From contig NC_058369.1 of assembly GCF_018350175.1 (NCBI RefSeq), positions 7,936,001 to 8,000,000 of the forward strand: DNA of 64,000 bases, written 5' to 3'. This DNA is from Felis catus. Lineage: Eukaryota. Positions 50,601 to 63,720 of the stretch are shown here, in pieces; positions within the stretch are counted from its first letter, which is position 1; every line of letters starts with the position of its first letter. The notes below the pieces were generated by a model. It searched no databases, was not told the origin of the DNA, and was given only the letters and a program-made list of their open reading frames with translations. The translations under genes were made by a program, and so were the position numbers.

Positions 50601-52167
50601 GAGAGGACTTGGGCTTTTGTTCTGAGAGAGGTGGGAGCCATTGAGAATTCTGAGCAGAAGAGGGAACCGGCCTGACTCGGGTGCCCACCGGCACCCTCCG
50701 GCCCCTGTGAGGCGCAATGGCAGAAGCCAGACCAGGACAGAGGCGACAGCACTTATCCAGAGGCATGAATCACCTGGTACCAAGGTGCTAAGTAAATGAG
50801 CACATCTACAGAAGAGCTAAGCCCAGAGTTCTGACTCTGCCAGGTCCCGGAATCCAGCATCGCCTCTGCTCCAGTCCGGCCGCCTTCTTCCTAGCCCTTT
50901 AGCACCTGCACCTTTTGTGTCCCTGAACCTTTCATATACGTGAGCCTCAGTGTTTCCATCCATAAAATGGGGTTAACAACAGCATTGGCTCCTTCTTGGG
51001 GCTGTCTTCAGGGTTCAGTGAACTGATGCGGGTTCAGCCCTTAGCCGAGCGCTTGGTCCACGGTAAATGCTCAATCTGTGGGGGTTATTCACAGGGCATA
51101 GAGTTCAAGGGCATGGTTGTCAGGGGCAGAGTTCAAATCCCAGCTCCAACTGGCTGTGTGATTTGGGGCAAGTCAGGAAGCATCCGCGTGCCTTGGTTTC
51201 TGTATTGAGTCCTGTACACCGAGAGCCTTGCGAGGATGGCATGAGCTTGTAGAAATAAATGTCTGGCTTGGTGCCCAGCACAGGCCCAGCACACAGTAGG
51301 TGCTCTGTTTTGTTTTTTGTGTTTTTTTGTTTTTTTGTTTTTTTTTTTTTTTGCTCTTAGCATTGTGACCAGGACTGTGACTCTCACCTTTCCTATTCAG
51401 ACTCTTTCCTCCCCAAACTCTTGGTCAAAGGGACTCATCTGGGTGGTTGGGGTCCCATTGCCCAGGCAGGCACAGACTTCTGGGAAGGCTGAGTGAGCCG
51501 GCCTGGCTGTGTGGGTGAGGCCCTGGGCTGCTGCAGGCCTTGGGGACTTGGCCAATTATCTGGAAGCCACAGGGGCTGGGTGGCACTTGATGTCCTGGCT
51601 CCAGCATTGTGACTGGGCAGCCTGTATCAGTTTCCTTATCTCCTACACCCACTGCACCGGCCGCGACGGCCTTTGTGCCCAGCAAGGCCAGGACCCAAGG
51701 GTCCCCCACCCAGCCTGGTCTATTGGCCCAGCTTTTCTACACCTTCCCCCCATACTGTAACATCTTTAGTTCTGCCTCTGTCCGTATCTGCCACAGAAGA
51801 GGCCTGGGTTGGAGCCAGAGGGGCCTTGGTTTGATTCACATAGCTCTATCCCTCACCAGCGGTGCGGTCTGAGCCTCATTTGGCCCTCTCTATCCAATGG
51901 GACCATGCTCCTAGTTAGTGTTTGTTGAACCCCAGACTTTGCTAAGTGCTTTTTGAGCATTGAATCCTGACAACACCCACGAAGCAAATACAGCTATCAG
52001 TTCCATTCTCCAGGCAGGAAAATGGCAGCCTGGAGAGGGAAAGGGCGTGTCCATTCACCCAGCCCTTTTGTGGGCAATAATACCACTCCTGACTGTTACA
52101 AAGAGAGCACATGAAACCTGCTGGCACAGAACCCGGCTCAACACTTGCTGGTTCATGGCCTAGAGAC

Positions 52168-52735
52168 CAAGGGGTGGCAAACTTTTTCTACAGAGAGGCC
52201 AGAGAGTAAGTATTATCAGCTCTGCGGGCCCCGTGTAGTCTATCTCGCGAACCCAGCTCTGCTGTTGTGGCCCGAGAGCAAGTCACAAACAGCGTGAACA
52301 GGAACGAACATAGCTACGTACCAAGAAAACTTGACTTACAGCCACTGACATTTCCATCTCACGTAATTTTCACATGACAAGCTAGTCTTCCTCTTTTGAC
52401 GTTTTCCAGCCATTTAAAAGTGTAAAGACCAGGGGCACCTGGGTGGCTCAGTCGGTTGAGCATCCGACTTTTGGCTTCGGCTGTCATGATCTCACCGTCT
52501 GTGGGTTCGAGCCCCCTAGTCGGTCTCTGCACTGGCAGCACAGAGCCTGCTTGGGATTCTCTCTCTGCCTCTCTCTGCCTCTGCCTCCTCTCAAAATAAA
52601 TAAATAAAACTTAAAAAGAAAACAAAAAAAAAGACCATTCTTTGTTCTAGATCATGTGAGAACCGGCAGTGGGTGATTTCTTCCACCCTGCCCCCTCACC
52701 CCACCCCCGCCCCATGACAGTTTGTCAACCCCTGG
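52168..52735. mobile_element. MER58-like hAT-Charlie element interrupted by a SINE (about 52432-52630)
   Basis: TIR-like ends CAAGGGGTGGCAAACT and AGTTTGTCAACCCCTG; flanked by GCCTAGA; SINE flanked by duplicated AAAGACCA. Confidence 0.7.
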
Positions 52736-52751
52736 CCTAGATGGTTACACA

Positions 52752-53506
52752 CTGTGATCGGCAGAATCATGGTTCCCCCCACCCCCACCCCCGCAAACAT
52801 ACCCACATCCTAATTCCTGGAACCTGTGACTATGTTAGCTTACAGGCCAAAAGGGAATTAGCAGATGAGATTAAATTTAGGGTGTTTTTTTTTTTTTCCA
52901 TTTTTTAATGTTTATTTTGTTTTGAGAGAGAGAGATAGTGTGACTGGGAGAGGGGCAGAGAGAGAGGGAGACACAGAATCCGAAGCAAGCTCCCGGCTCC
53001 GAGCTGTCAGCACAGAGCCCGACGCGGGGTTCAAACTCATGAACCGTGAGATCATGACCTGAGCTGAGGTCGGATGCTTAATTGACTGAGCTACCCAGGC
53101 ACCCCTAAATTTGGGATCTTATGATGGAGAGATTATCCTGGATTATCCAGGTGGACCCAAGGACAAGGGAGGACCCTTATAAAGGGAAGAGGGAGGCAGT
53201 AACAAGTCAGAGAGGGAGATGTGGTGGACGTGGGCTTGGTGGGTGTGTTGGCTTTGAGGATGGAGAAGGGGCCATAGGCCAAGGAATGTGGGGGCGCTGG
53301 CAGCCTCTAGAAGCTGGAACAGGTAAGGAAACAGATTCTCCCACAGAACCAGCCGAAAGAACACAGCCCTGCCAGTGCCTTGATTTTAGCCTAGGGAGAT
53401 GCTCTTGGGATGTCTGACCTCTAGAACTGTAAGATAATGCATTTGTGCCATTTTAAGCTACCCATTCGGTGGCGCTTTGATACAGCAGGCACAGGAAATT
53501 CATACA
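52752..53506 (+). mobile_element. MLT1C/D-like LTR interrupted by a SINE
   Basis: 'cctaattcctggaacctgtgactatgtta...ggagattatcctggattatccagg...ctagaactgtaagataat' resembles MLT1 (recalled). Confidence 0.7.
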
Positions 53507-53983
53507 GGTCCTAACTCATGAGCTGGGCAGCCCCCCGGCTCTACTGTTCACCACAGGTATGTCATTTCTCTCTGGGCCTCAGTTTCCGCATCTTTCAAGC
53601 GGAGGTCACGATGGGATCAATCTCACAAAGCTGTTGTAAGGATGAACTGAGGGAAAAGCATGCACCGTGTCGGAAAAGCGCCTGGCACATGGTGAAGCGG
53701 TCAGTAAAATGGAGGCATTGGGGCATTTGCACTGTTATCGTCTTGCAGGATTGTTGCAAAGATTCAGCGAGTTCTCATCCTGCAGGGTTTGGGTCAGGCT
53801 CGATGATCAGAATCCAGGAGTATTTGGGGCACCTGGGTGGCTCAGTGGGTTAAGCATCTGACTTGAGCTCAGGTCATGATCTCTCGGTTCATCAGTTCCA
53901 GCCCTGTGTTGGGACTGTCAGCTGTCAGCACAGAACCCACTTCAGATCCTCTGTTCCCCTCTCTCTCTGCCTCTCCCCCACCT

Positions 53984-54015
<32 letters not shown>

Positions 54016-56574
54016 AAAATAAATAAATAAACTTAAAAAAAAAAAAAAAGGAATCCAGGAGTATTCAACTTGCCCCTCCCCCTATTCCCACCTGCTAAAG
54101 TTAATGAGAGCTAATGGAACCCGTAACATGCTCACACCAAGCTTCCCTCCTGTATTTCTCAAGAACCAACAAGGCCAGGCCCTAGGCCAAGCCAATGCCA
54201 GGCGCCGCTGTGCATCTTTAGTTCCATCTTACAGAGATAACTCAAGTTCACACAGCAAGGTCATGGCCCTACTGTCTCATCCACAGCCACCAATTTCTCT
54301 GAGAGCTGAAACCTCTCTGTGTGTCTTCCCCTGCCCAGCCTGGCCAGGTTATGCTCCCGCTCAGACACTCTCAGTGGCTCCCACTCACCCATCGGACCTG
54401 GAGTAAGGATCTCCTACTGGTTGGTAGATGACTGGGCGAGCCACTTCTCCTCCTTGGGCCTTGGTTTTCTCCACTGTAAAATGGGTTGATGACAGGACCT
54501 CCACTATAATGAGGACAGAGCTCGAGTCAGAAAGACACTCCGTAGTCAGCACCACCCACTCTTATATGGTTCCTTCCACTCTGCCAGTCTGGCTGACATT
54601 CAGCTAACATGGAGAAACTTCCAGCGTTCCCCTTATCCCTTCTCCACCCTTACTAGTCTCACCTTTTATCAGATGTAGAAATATGTTCCTGTGTTTTTCC
54701 CTTCATACTTGTAATAGTTTTGAGGTGTTTTCTTTTTCTCTTTTAAGCACTTTTACTTATTTATTTGAGTAATCTCTGCACCCAATGCGGGGCTCGAACT
54801 CATGACCCCGAGATCAAGAGTCACACGCCAGCCAGAGGCCCCAATAGTTTTGAGTCTTTATCTCTCTTGCATGATTAATCCATGTGGAATTTGTTTTGCT
54901 ATGTGTTGGGAGTGGAGTTAACTTTTTTCTTCCGAACGCAATTGAGGCCACGACCTGACTTATCCTCTCCCTGCCCACTGAAAATGCCACATTTATCAAG
55001 TATTAAATTCTTGATGCATAAAATTCACAAATCAATTTAAAAATTTTTTAATGTTTATTCATTTTTGAGAGACAGAACATGAGCAGGGGAGGGGCAGAGA
55101 GAGAGGGCGACCCAGAATCCGAAGCAGGCTCCAGGCTCCGAGCTGTCAGCACAGAGCCCAACGCGGGGCTCAAACTCACGAACCGTGAGATCATGACCTG
55201 AGCTGAAGTTGGACACTCAACCACTGAACCACCCAGGCGCCCCCGCAAGTTAACTTTTTAAATACTAGAAAACTCTAAGCTACATTTCTGCTTTCAGTCT
55301 TAGCTACCTATACATGGTTTGTTCATTCAACAAACACTGAGTGCCAGGTGCTATTTTGGGCCCTAGATACAGTTATGAACAGATATAAACCCCTGCCCTT
55401 GTGCCGTGAACAGCAAGGGGGCAGACAATAAACAAGCAATATGTAAATGTGCGACGTGCCAAGTAGTGATAAAAAACAAAATAAAACAGGGTGATGGGAC
55501 AGAGGGAAGAGGGATGCTGTTTTGGATAGGATGGTCAGAGAAAGCCTCTCTGAGGAGGGGATGACTGAGCAGAGGCCTGCGTGAAGTAGAGTCACATGGA
55601 CATCTCTGGGAAGAGATTTCTAGGCGGAGGGAACAGCCAGTGCAAAGGTCCTGAGATGAGACCATGCCTGGTGAGTTTGTGTATAGCTAGTGAGGCCAGG
55701 GAGGCTGAAACAAACAAGTGAAGGGGAGAGAGCAAGGAGGCGGGGCTGAGCACAGAGGGCCTTTTAGATGATGGTGAAGAGTTGGGGTTTTCCTCCGAGT
55801 GAGGCAGGAGCCATGGAAGGTTCTGGACAGAGAGAGAGACATACCCTGACTCAGATGTTCACAGACTCCTCTGGTTGCTATGGGCGGAACAGACAGGAGG
55901 GTGAGGGGAAGGCTGGGAGCTGGGAGAGCCGGGTGGAGATGCCTGCACTGGTGACAAGGGTGGGGGTAAGAAGTGGTTGGATTCTGAAGATTCTGATGGC
56001 AGAGCTGGTGTGAAGGAAAGAGAGGCATCCCAGGCTTCTGGTCTGAGCACTTGGGAAGATGAAGCTGCCTTTTCTGAGCCGGGGCTGGTCGGAGACCATC
56101 AGGGGCTTGGGTGTGATTGTGCTGAGTGTGAGACGCCCGTGAGACCCCTAAGAGACAGGTGTCACAGGGGCGTGCAGTTCAGGGGACCGACATTTGGGAA
56201 TCATCAGGGTGGATCTGGTGGTTGAAGTCCTGAGTCTGCAGGAGTGTCCCCAAGGGACCTAGCATAGCTGGGAAGAGGCTGGAGCCTTTTTTTGTCCACT
56301 GCTTGGACTGGGTGGGTGGGACCAGCCAGCCTTGGGGTTGGCAGGAACCACAGGAACCACAGCATTTCTCTGGGAGGCCTGGTCACCCAAGGGCATGGCT
56401 TGGATCCTTGAACCTCTCCTGTTTGCTGAAGCCTGTGGGCCAGGGGTCAGGTGGGGCTTCCACAGCTGGAGGCCCCTGGGGGGAAGGTACATTCCTTTAG
56501 GGACAAGCTGAGTTAGTGACCAGAGCCCTGCCAGGGAATGCTTGGCTCTGAGGTAGCAGCTACAATTATCGAGC

Positions 56575-57070
56575 ACCAACTGCATATGACCACACTATAT
56601 AACCCCGTTGCTGACTGTATGCCTCATACTGAATGTGTGTTCCTGCTAATCTACTGCACCAAACGTATAATCCACTATACTGTAAAGTGTACAGCTGGCC
56701 TCAAAGAGAGCTCTTGGGCAGGGCGGGGGGGCGGGTACAGAGAGAACAGGCACATGACTGAGGGAGTATACAGTTGGCTTGGGGAGTGGATGGTTGGTGT
56801 GGGGGTGTATAATATAGCCAGCTGACTGTACACCCCATACTGGCTGCACAACCCTTTGCTGACTATATTCCTTGCACCAGCCCCACACTGATCAAATACC
56901 CCCATGGCAACTGTATACCTCTTCGTTGGCTGTATGCTTCCACACCAACTGTATAACGCCAGGCTGTATGCCCCCTACTGGCGGTCCCTCCATACCTACT
57001 GTATATCTCCACATCAGTTAAACACCCTTACGCTAACTGTAGTACGTCCATGCCAACTGTATACCTCCTG
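56575..57070. repeat. Degenerate ~19-bp tandem array (core CYRRCTGTATRC) with an inverted central block
   Basis: Unit starts at 56822, 56840, 56859, 56888, 56907, 56926, 56945, 56995, 57014, 57033, 57053; reverse-complement units at 56687 and 56763. Confidence 0.7.
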
Positions 57071-57739
57071 GTATCCTGTGATTGGTCTTTGACCGGTTTT
57101 GGTTTTATACTTTCAGCCCCAATTCACAGTTGAGGCTGCTCAGGGCAGGCAAGATACTGGCTGAACTGCCCTGCGGCTTGGACGGGGCAGAAGGAGCATT
57201 TGAATCTAGGGCCATGGGGTTAGAAGGGGAGCTTCACAAGAACAGACGCACAAGACTGGGCTCCCATTTGCTATTGTATATACTCAGCGCCCAGCCCTGG
57301 GCCTGCACCCAGTAGGCGCTGAATAAATACTTGTTCTACCGAACACTGGCTTCAGGATTCACAGTCGGGATGTGTGCTGGGATGGTGAGCTCAGGTGTAT
57401 AGCCCTGGGGGCCACAAAGGGCAGTGCCAGGCAGGGATGTGGCATCTGGGCTGCAGGTCCCATTTTGCCAGTCTTCAGAAGACCGGCGATATGGATTTTT
57501 ATGTGGAGTTTCCCAAACGTTTAACTGTTGGCATTTCTTTTCTTTTTTTTTTTTTTTTCTTTTTTTATGCAGACCAAAATAAAAACTGGTTTGAGAATTT
57601 TCAGCTCAAATACTCTATATTTGGGAGTTTGGGTGCAGCCATCTGCCTGCTTTGCGGCGCGTATCTCGAGTTACCTCCCTACGCCTCAGTTTCCGTACCT
57701 GGAGAATGGGGCACTCTCAGGCGCCCTTCCAGGGTTGAG

Positions 57740-58320
57740 AGGTGTTCCAGGCGGCGGCGTCCGGTTGGGACGCGGGGGGCGCGCCGAGGCCGCTGGGTGA
57801 AGCCAGAGTCCCCCGGGTGGGGGCTGGGCAGGAGGGGGAGCGGCGGGGGGGGGCGGAGTGGGCTAAATCGGGGGTGGCGGGTGAGTGGCGGGAGCAGCTG
57901 CGGCCCCGCCCGGGCCTCTCCCCCCCTCCCTCAGTCCGTCGGCCAGTCCGTCCCGAGGCAACTGCTCCGCTAGGGCCGGTCAGACCGGTTTGGGCCGCCC
58001 CGCCTGGCTCTCTGCTGGGAGGAGCCGCCGCCAGTGGGTCCATCGGTCCCGCCTTCGGGACGCCCGCGCGTCCGGACCCAGTGCCGAGGGGGCTCGGAGC
58101 AGGCGGGCGGCGCCGGTGCTGGGCGCCCGCGGGGATGGGGGGCGAGCGGCCGCATTACTACGGGAAGCACGGTAGGCAGCGCCCCTCTTGCGCACCCGGG
58201 CCTGGCCTGTTGGAGGGGGCAGCGGGAGGACCCCGCGGGGAGCTAGAGTGGGGAGCAGACGTGCCGATCTCTGCCTGTAGCGCCTCATGCTCACGTGCCT
58301 GCACCCCTCGCCCTGTCCCT
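57740..58320 (+). promoter_or_regulatory. SLC44A2 proximal CpG-island promoter
   Basis: CpG-dense with GC boxes; surrounds exon 1b. Confidence 0.8.
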
Positions 58321-60276
58321 GCCCGGAAGCTGCCTCTCAGAGGTCCCTCCAGCCCCCCTCACCTGAAGAGCCTGTCTTCGTAGCCCCCTCCCCGGTACTC
58401 CTGCCGGAACCTTCTCCAGATCCCACCTTGGACCCTCCCCTCCCTACCTGGCTCCCAACCCCCTAGTCCAGCGCCCTCCCCAATGGGTAGCCGCCAGGGG
58501 GATAACTCGGGGCTGTTCTCGGTGGGCGACTGCTCCCCCTGCCTTGGCCTGCCGGCCCCTGCCTTGGCCTGCCGGCACTGGGGGCTCGGGCGTGGTCGCC
58601 TGGAAGTGGGGTGAGGCAGAAAAAACTCGCTGGCTCTCTGGAAGTTACTCTTCCCTGGGCCAGAGGGTACCCCTAGGGGCTTCTCCGGGGGGGGGGGGCT
58701 CCCATCCCCTTCTTGGTCACCCTGCTCAATCTTCCTGATTTTCAGGAACACCACAGAAGTATGACCCTACCTTCAAAGGACCCATTTACCACAGGTAAGG
58801 GCTCTGGGTTCCTGGGAGGGGTGGGGTCTCTGCTGGAATTGCCTCTACCCATTTCTTTACTCCCCCCCCCCCCATCTGCTCTCCAACAAACTGGTGATAG
58901 ATAGTTGCAACTTGACAATTAAAGAACTAATTTCCTTAATATACAAAGAGTCTTTACAAATGCATTTTTAAGCTCAGGCAAAAGACTGGAAGAGATCATT
59001 TCTAGAACAAGAAATACCATAGGCAGTGAAGTTATGGGAAAGTACTCAAACTCACTGATAGGTAAAGGAATGGATAAAACAACAACCAAATAGAATTTTG
59101 CCACCATGGATTAGCAAAGATGAAAACGATTGGCACTTAGGCTGTTCTGAATCTAACCCGCACAGTGTCTTCTTGGAGGGAATTCGGAAATACGAATTTT
59201 TAAATGTGCAGCTCTAAGGGCGCCTGGGTGGCTCAGTCCGGCAAGGTTCCGACTTCCGCTCAGGTCATGATCTCTCCGTGAGTTCGAGCCCAGCGTCGGG
59301 CTCTGTGCTGAGGTGCTGGGAGCCTGGAGCCTGCTTCCGAGTCTGTGTCTCTCCATCTCTTGGCCCCTCCCCCGCTCATGCTCTGTGTCTCTCTGTCTCT
59401 CAATAATAAATAAATGTTAAAAAAAATTTTTTTTAATAAAAAAAAGTAATAATTGTGCAGCTCTTTGTTCCAAAGAGTAAAATTCTAGGGAAAAAAAATT
59501 CTCCATCAACCTTGTACACCTGAACAAAAAGAGATGATGTAGCTGCTTTTTTTTTTTTTTCATTTTTTTTTTCAACGTTTATTTACTTTTTGGGACAGAG
59601 AGAGACAGAGCATGAACGAGGGAGGGTCAGAGAGAGAGGGAGACACAGAATCGGAAACAGGCTCCAGGCTCTGAGCCATCAGCCCAGAGCCCGACGCAGG
59701 GCTCGAACTCACGGACTGCGAGATCATGACCTGGCTGAAGTCGGACGCTTAACCGACTGCGCCACCCAGGCGCCCCTGTAGCTGCTTTTTTGAAAATGAC
59801 AAGACCCAGCAATCTGAATGTGCATCTTTGGGAACTGGAACTAGTTGATAAGTTACAGTGGATCTTTGGGTCCTACTGTTCCGCAACTGTTAAAACGTAC
59901 AAAAACCCTTGTAAGTGGTGACGTGGATCACTGACAAAATATTAAGTGAAAAACAGCAAGACACAGAACAGTGGGCGTATCACAATCACTTGAGTTAACA
60001 ACAACAAAAAATGGTTTTTGAACATTTGTATCCAATAAATAACCCAAAAGACTCAGGAGAGGGGCACCTGGCTGGCTCAGTCAGAAGAGCATGTGATTCT
60101 CGATCTCAGGGTCTGGAGTTCCAGCCCCACGTTGGGCGTAAAGATTACTAAAAAAGTAAATAAATAAATTGAAAATAAGAAAAATCATTAACAAAGTTTA
60201 CTTACAGGGAGAGGGGCCATGTGGGTGACTTATTTTTTCATTGCATGCATTCCTGCATAATTTAGTGTTTATTTAT

Positions 60277-60311
<35 letters not shown>

Positions 60312-62826
60312 CTTGTGAGCGGGGGAGGGGCAGAGAGAGACAGACATCATCGGAAGCAGGCTCCAGGCTCTGAGCGGTCAGCACAGATCCTGACCCGGGG
60401 CTGGGACTCATGAGCCATGAGATCATGACCTGAGCCGAAGTCAGACACTTAACCGACTGAGCCACCCAGGGGCCCCAAAATAGTTTACATTTTAAAAAAC
60501 ATTACTGCCAATTGCTATTAGAGGTGTGGGGACGTGGGCACTCTGAATCGGAAGACAGCTGAACACTGTGGCCCACCGCTTCAAGAACAATGTAGCATTA
60601 GGTATCAAAATGTAAGGGTGCCGGGCTGTCTGGGTAGAGCATGGGACTCCTGATTTGGGGATGTGAGTTCCAGCTCCTTGTTGGGCGTAGAGGTTGCTTT
60701 AAAAAAAAAAAAAAAAAAAAAAGGCGAAATGTACATGCTCTTTGGTACAGCATTCACACCAGTAAGGAATACGTGGATGTGCGTTATGTGTTCCGGGCAG
60801 CATAGGGTCCATGATACACAGTCCCCAAGGTTCCCACCCAGATGCTGTTCTTTGTTCCCCAGGGGCTGCACAGACATCATTTGCTGTGTGTTCCTCCTCC
60901 TGGCCATTGTGGGCTATGTGGCCGTAGGCATCATAGGTGAGTGGAAGAGGGCACAGGGTTGGGGTTCCAAGGTGGGGGGGGGGGGCAAGCCACAGCCTCT
61001 AGGGCAGGAACGGGGATGATGCTCAGGGATGGCCGTGCCTCAGTGTCCCTGGATCCCTCCACAGCCTGGACCCATGGGGACCCTCGAAAGGTGATCTACC
61101 CCACCGATAGCCGAGGCGAGTTCTGCGGGCAGAAGGGCACAAAAAATGCGTGAGTCTGGTTCCTTGGGGCCTGGTGGGACTGGGGAGGCATGGGCGGGAA
61201 GGCTTCGTGAGCACAGGGGAGAAGGTTCCAGGCTTCCCCCACCTCCATCCATCCATTAGTTTAGTCAACAAGTATTTATAAAGCTCCCACTGTCTCCAGC
61301 TACTATTCTAGGCCTGGAGGACACAGCACTAAGTGAGACATTAAGAGTCTTGTGTGGTCGCTCACACTTTAGGCGAGGGACAGAGAGGAGACAGTCCTGG
61401 ATCTGGTGTCACATGGTGATGAACAGATGAGCCAAAAGCGAGTGCAATCCAGGCTGTGCCACTCCCTGGCTGTGTCACCCAGGGCGAGTGTCTCAACCTC
61501 TCTGGGCCTCATTTTCCTCAGCTCTGAAATGGGGACGATAACAGGCTGTTGTGATGGTTAGATGAGCCAAAAGGCAGAGCTTAGAACGGCGCCTGGTGTG
61601 GAGTGGCCGCTGCTAAGGTTGTGGTTTTCATGAGGCATTTTATATGCCATCGTGACAGTTTCCATCTCCCTTCCCCAACCCCAGGAACAAACCCTACCTG
61701 TTTTATTTCAACATTGTGAAGTGTGCCAGCCCCCTGGTCCTACTCGAATTCCAGTGCCCCACCCCCCAGGTAATGTGGCCTCTCCCCATCTTCTTTGCCG
61801 TCCCTGCTTTCTGTCGCCGGGGCCTCTTCTCCCTATAGCGACAGCTTCTCTCTCTCTTTTTCCTTCTTTTTCCTGGTGAATGGGAAGTGGGACCTCTGTC
61901 CTGAGTGGGGATCGGGTGTCTGTCTTGATCCCACCCAACCCCTGCCTCCTGCCCCCCCAAGATCTGCGTGGAGAAATGCCCCGACCGTTACCTCACCTAC
62001 CTGAACGCTCACAGATCCCAGGACTTTGAATACTACAAGCAGTTCTGCGTGCCTGGCTTCCAGGGCAACAAGGTGAGGGGAGCCCAGGTGGGGGCAGGGG
62101 GCAGAGTGCTGGCCTGGGGCTTTAACCGACCCCCCCCTTTCTTGTCAGGGTGTGGCTGAAGTGCTTCGGGATGGCGACTGCCCTGCTGTCCTCATCCCCA
62201 GCAAGCCCTGTGAGTCTGGGGTTCCGTAAGCTTGGGTGGCCGGGGAGAGGTTTCGGGGGCTCAGCCTGACTGGTCCCTTTCCCTGCTCCATGTAGTGGCC
62301 CGGCGATGCTTCCCAGCCATCCACGCCCACAAGGGGGTCCTCATGGTGGGCAATGAGACAACCTATGAGGACGGGCACGGCTCTCGAAAAAACATCACAG
62401 AGCTGGTGGAGGGCGCCAAGTGAGGACCGCCACCGCCCATCACAGCGGTGTCCCCCTTTCCTGGGTGGGACAGGGCATCCCCTGGGGCTGGCCCAATCAG
62501 GGAGGGGCTCTGACACCAGCCTTGTTTGCCCTTCCCCAGGAAGGCCAATGGGGTCCTGGAGGCGCGGCAGCTGGCCATGCGGATATTTGAAGATTACACA
62601 GTTTCCTGGTACTGGATCGTCATGTAAGTCAGGAGGGAAGGTGGCCCTTCCTGTCTGTGTGTCCTGGGGCTGGTGAGACGATCGCTGTGTTCATGCCCCC
62701 ATTTTATCCCCAGAGGCCTGGTCATCGCCATGGTGATGAGCCTCCTGTTCATTGTCCTGCTCCGCTTCCTGGCTGGCATTATGGTCTGGGTGATGATCAT
62801 CATGGTGATTCTGGTGCTGGGCTACG
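58135..62826 (+). CDS. SLC44A2: Choline transporter-like protein 2 (CTL2), proximal first exon plus exons 2-10; 3'-partial, continues beyond the window
   Basis: join(58135..58171,58746..58794,60863..60936,61065..61149,61685..61769,61962..62072,62149..62209,62296..62419,62540..62623,62714..62826). [71 protein letters not shown]-glycosylation sequons NET/NIT, hydrophobic TM segments. Confidence 0.96.
59218..59776. mobile_element. Inverted (tail-to-tail) SINE pair in SLC44A2 intron 2; the second copy is young
   Basis: Sense SINE 59218-59445; antisense SINE 59553-59776 with TSD TGTAGCTGCTTTTTT (59538, 59777). Confidence 0.88.
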
Positions 62827-63507
62827 GTGCGTCCCCCCTCCCGGCACCCTCCCCACCCCCCAGTCTGCAAAATGCCTGTACCCTTTGACCCGACAGTGGC
62901 CGGCAAGAATCTTGTCCTAAGCCGTGAGACATTCTCCATTCTTCTACTTGGTGTGTTTGTGAAGATGTTCATCTCGGTGTTGTTTATGGGAGCAGGCGCT
63001 TGGAAACAACCTCAGTGTTTATCGATGGGGGATGGGTTAACTCGTAGCCTCCCAGGCTGGGACCTGGAGCTGTATTTTATCTACATCAAAAAGCATTCTC
63101 AAGCAGACTACTTAACACAGTGATTAAAGATGCGAGCTCTGGCACCAGACAGCTGGGCATTAAATGCTGGTCTTGCCAATTCCTTCCTCCGTGACCGTGG
63201 GCAAGTGACTCACCCTCCCCGTGCCTCAATTTCTTCCTCTATAAAGTGAGGATAATTAGTATTTACTAGTTAGGAGGCTTAATGAGAAAAAGTGTGCAGA
63301 TGAGATGCGGGGGGGGGGGGGGGCTGTAGATTTCAGGCCCGTGGAACCCAGAGGTCATGCTCAGAATTCAGTGGTTTGTATTTTGATTATCTAGACAAAC
63401 TTTCCAGGGGAAAGATGCCTGATAGGCAATCCAGTGTGAGGATACAGATATTAAAACACTCACGTTAATCACTGGTTTCTGGCTGGGTGCTGGCATCTTA
63501 GGCACAT

Positions 63508-63720
63508 TTTTTTTTTAATTTTTTGAATTTATTTTTGAGACAGAGAGAGAGACACAGCATGAGCAGGGGAGGGGCAGAGAGAGAGGGAGACACAGAATCC
63601 GAAACAGGCTCCAGGCTCCGAGCTGTCAGTACAGAGCCCGACACGGGGCTCGAACTCACAGACCGTGAGATCATGACCTGGCCCGAAGTTGGACGCTTAA
63701 CCTAGTCACCCAGGCGCCCC
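63508..63720 (-). mobile_element. CAN-SINE in SLC44A2 intron 10
   Basis: SINE consensus motifs. Confidence 0.85.

Noticed and set aside
56575-57070. Possible CRISPR-like array
   Set aside because: Mammalian DNA; degenerate ~19-bp units with no constant repeat/unique spacer structure and no cas genes.
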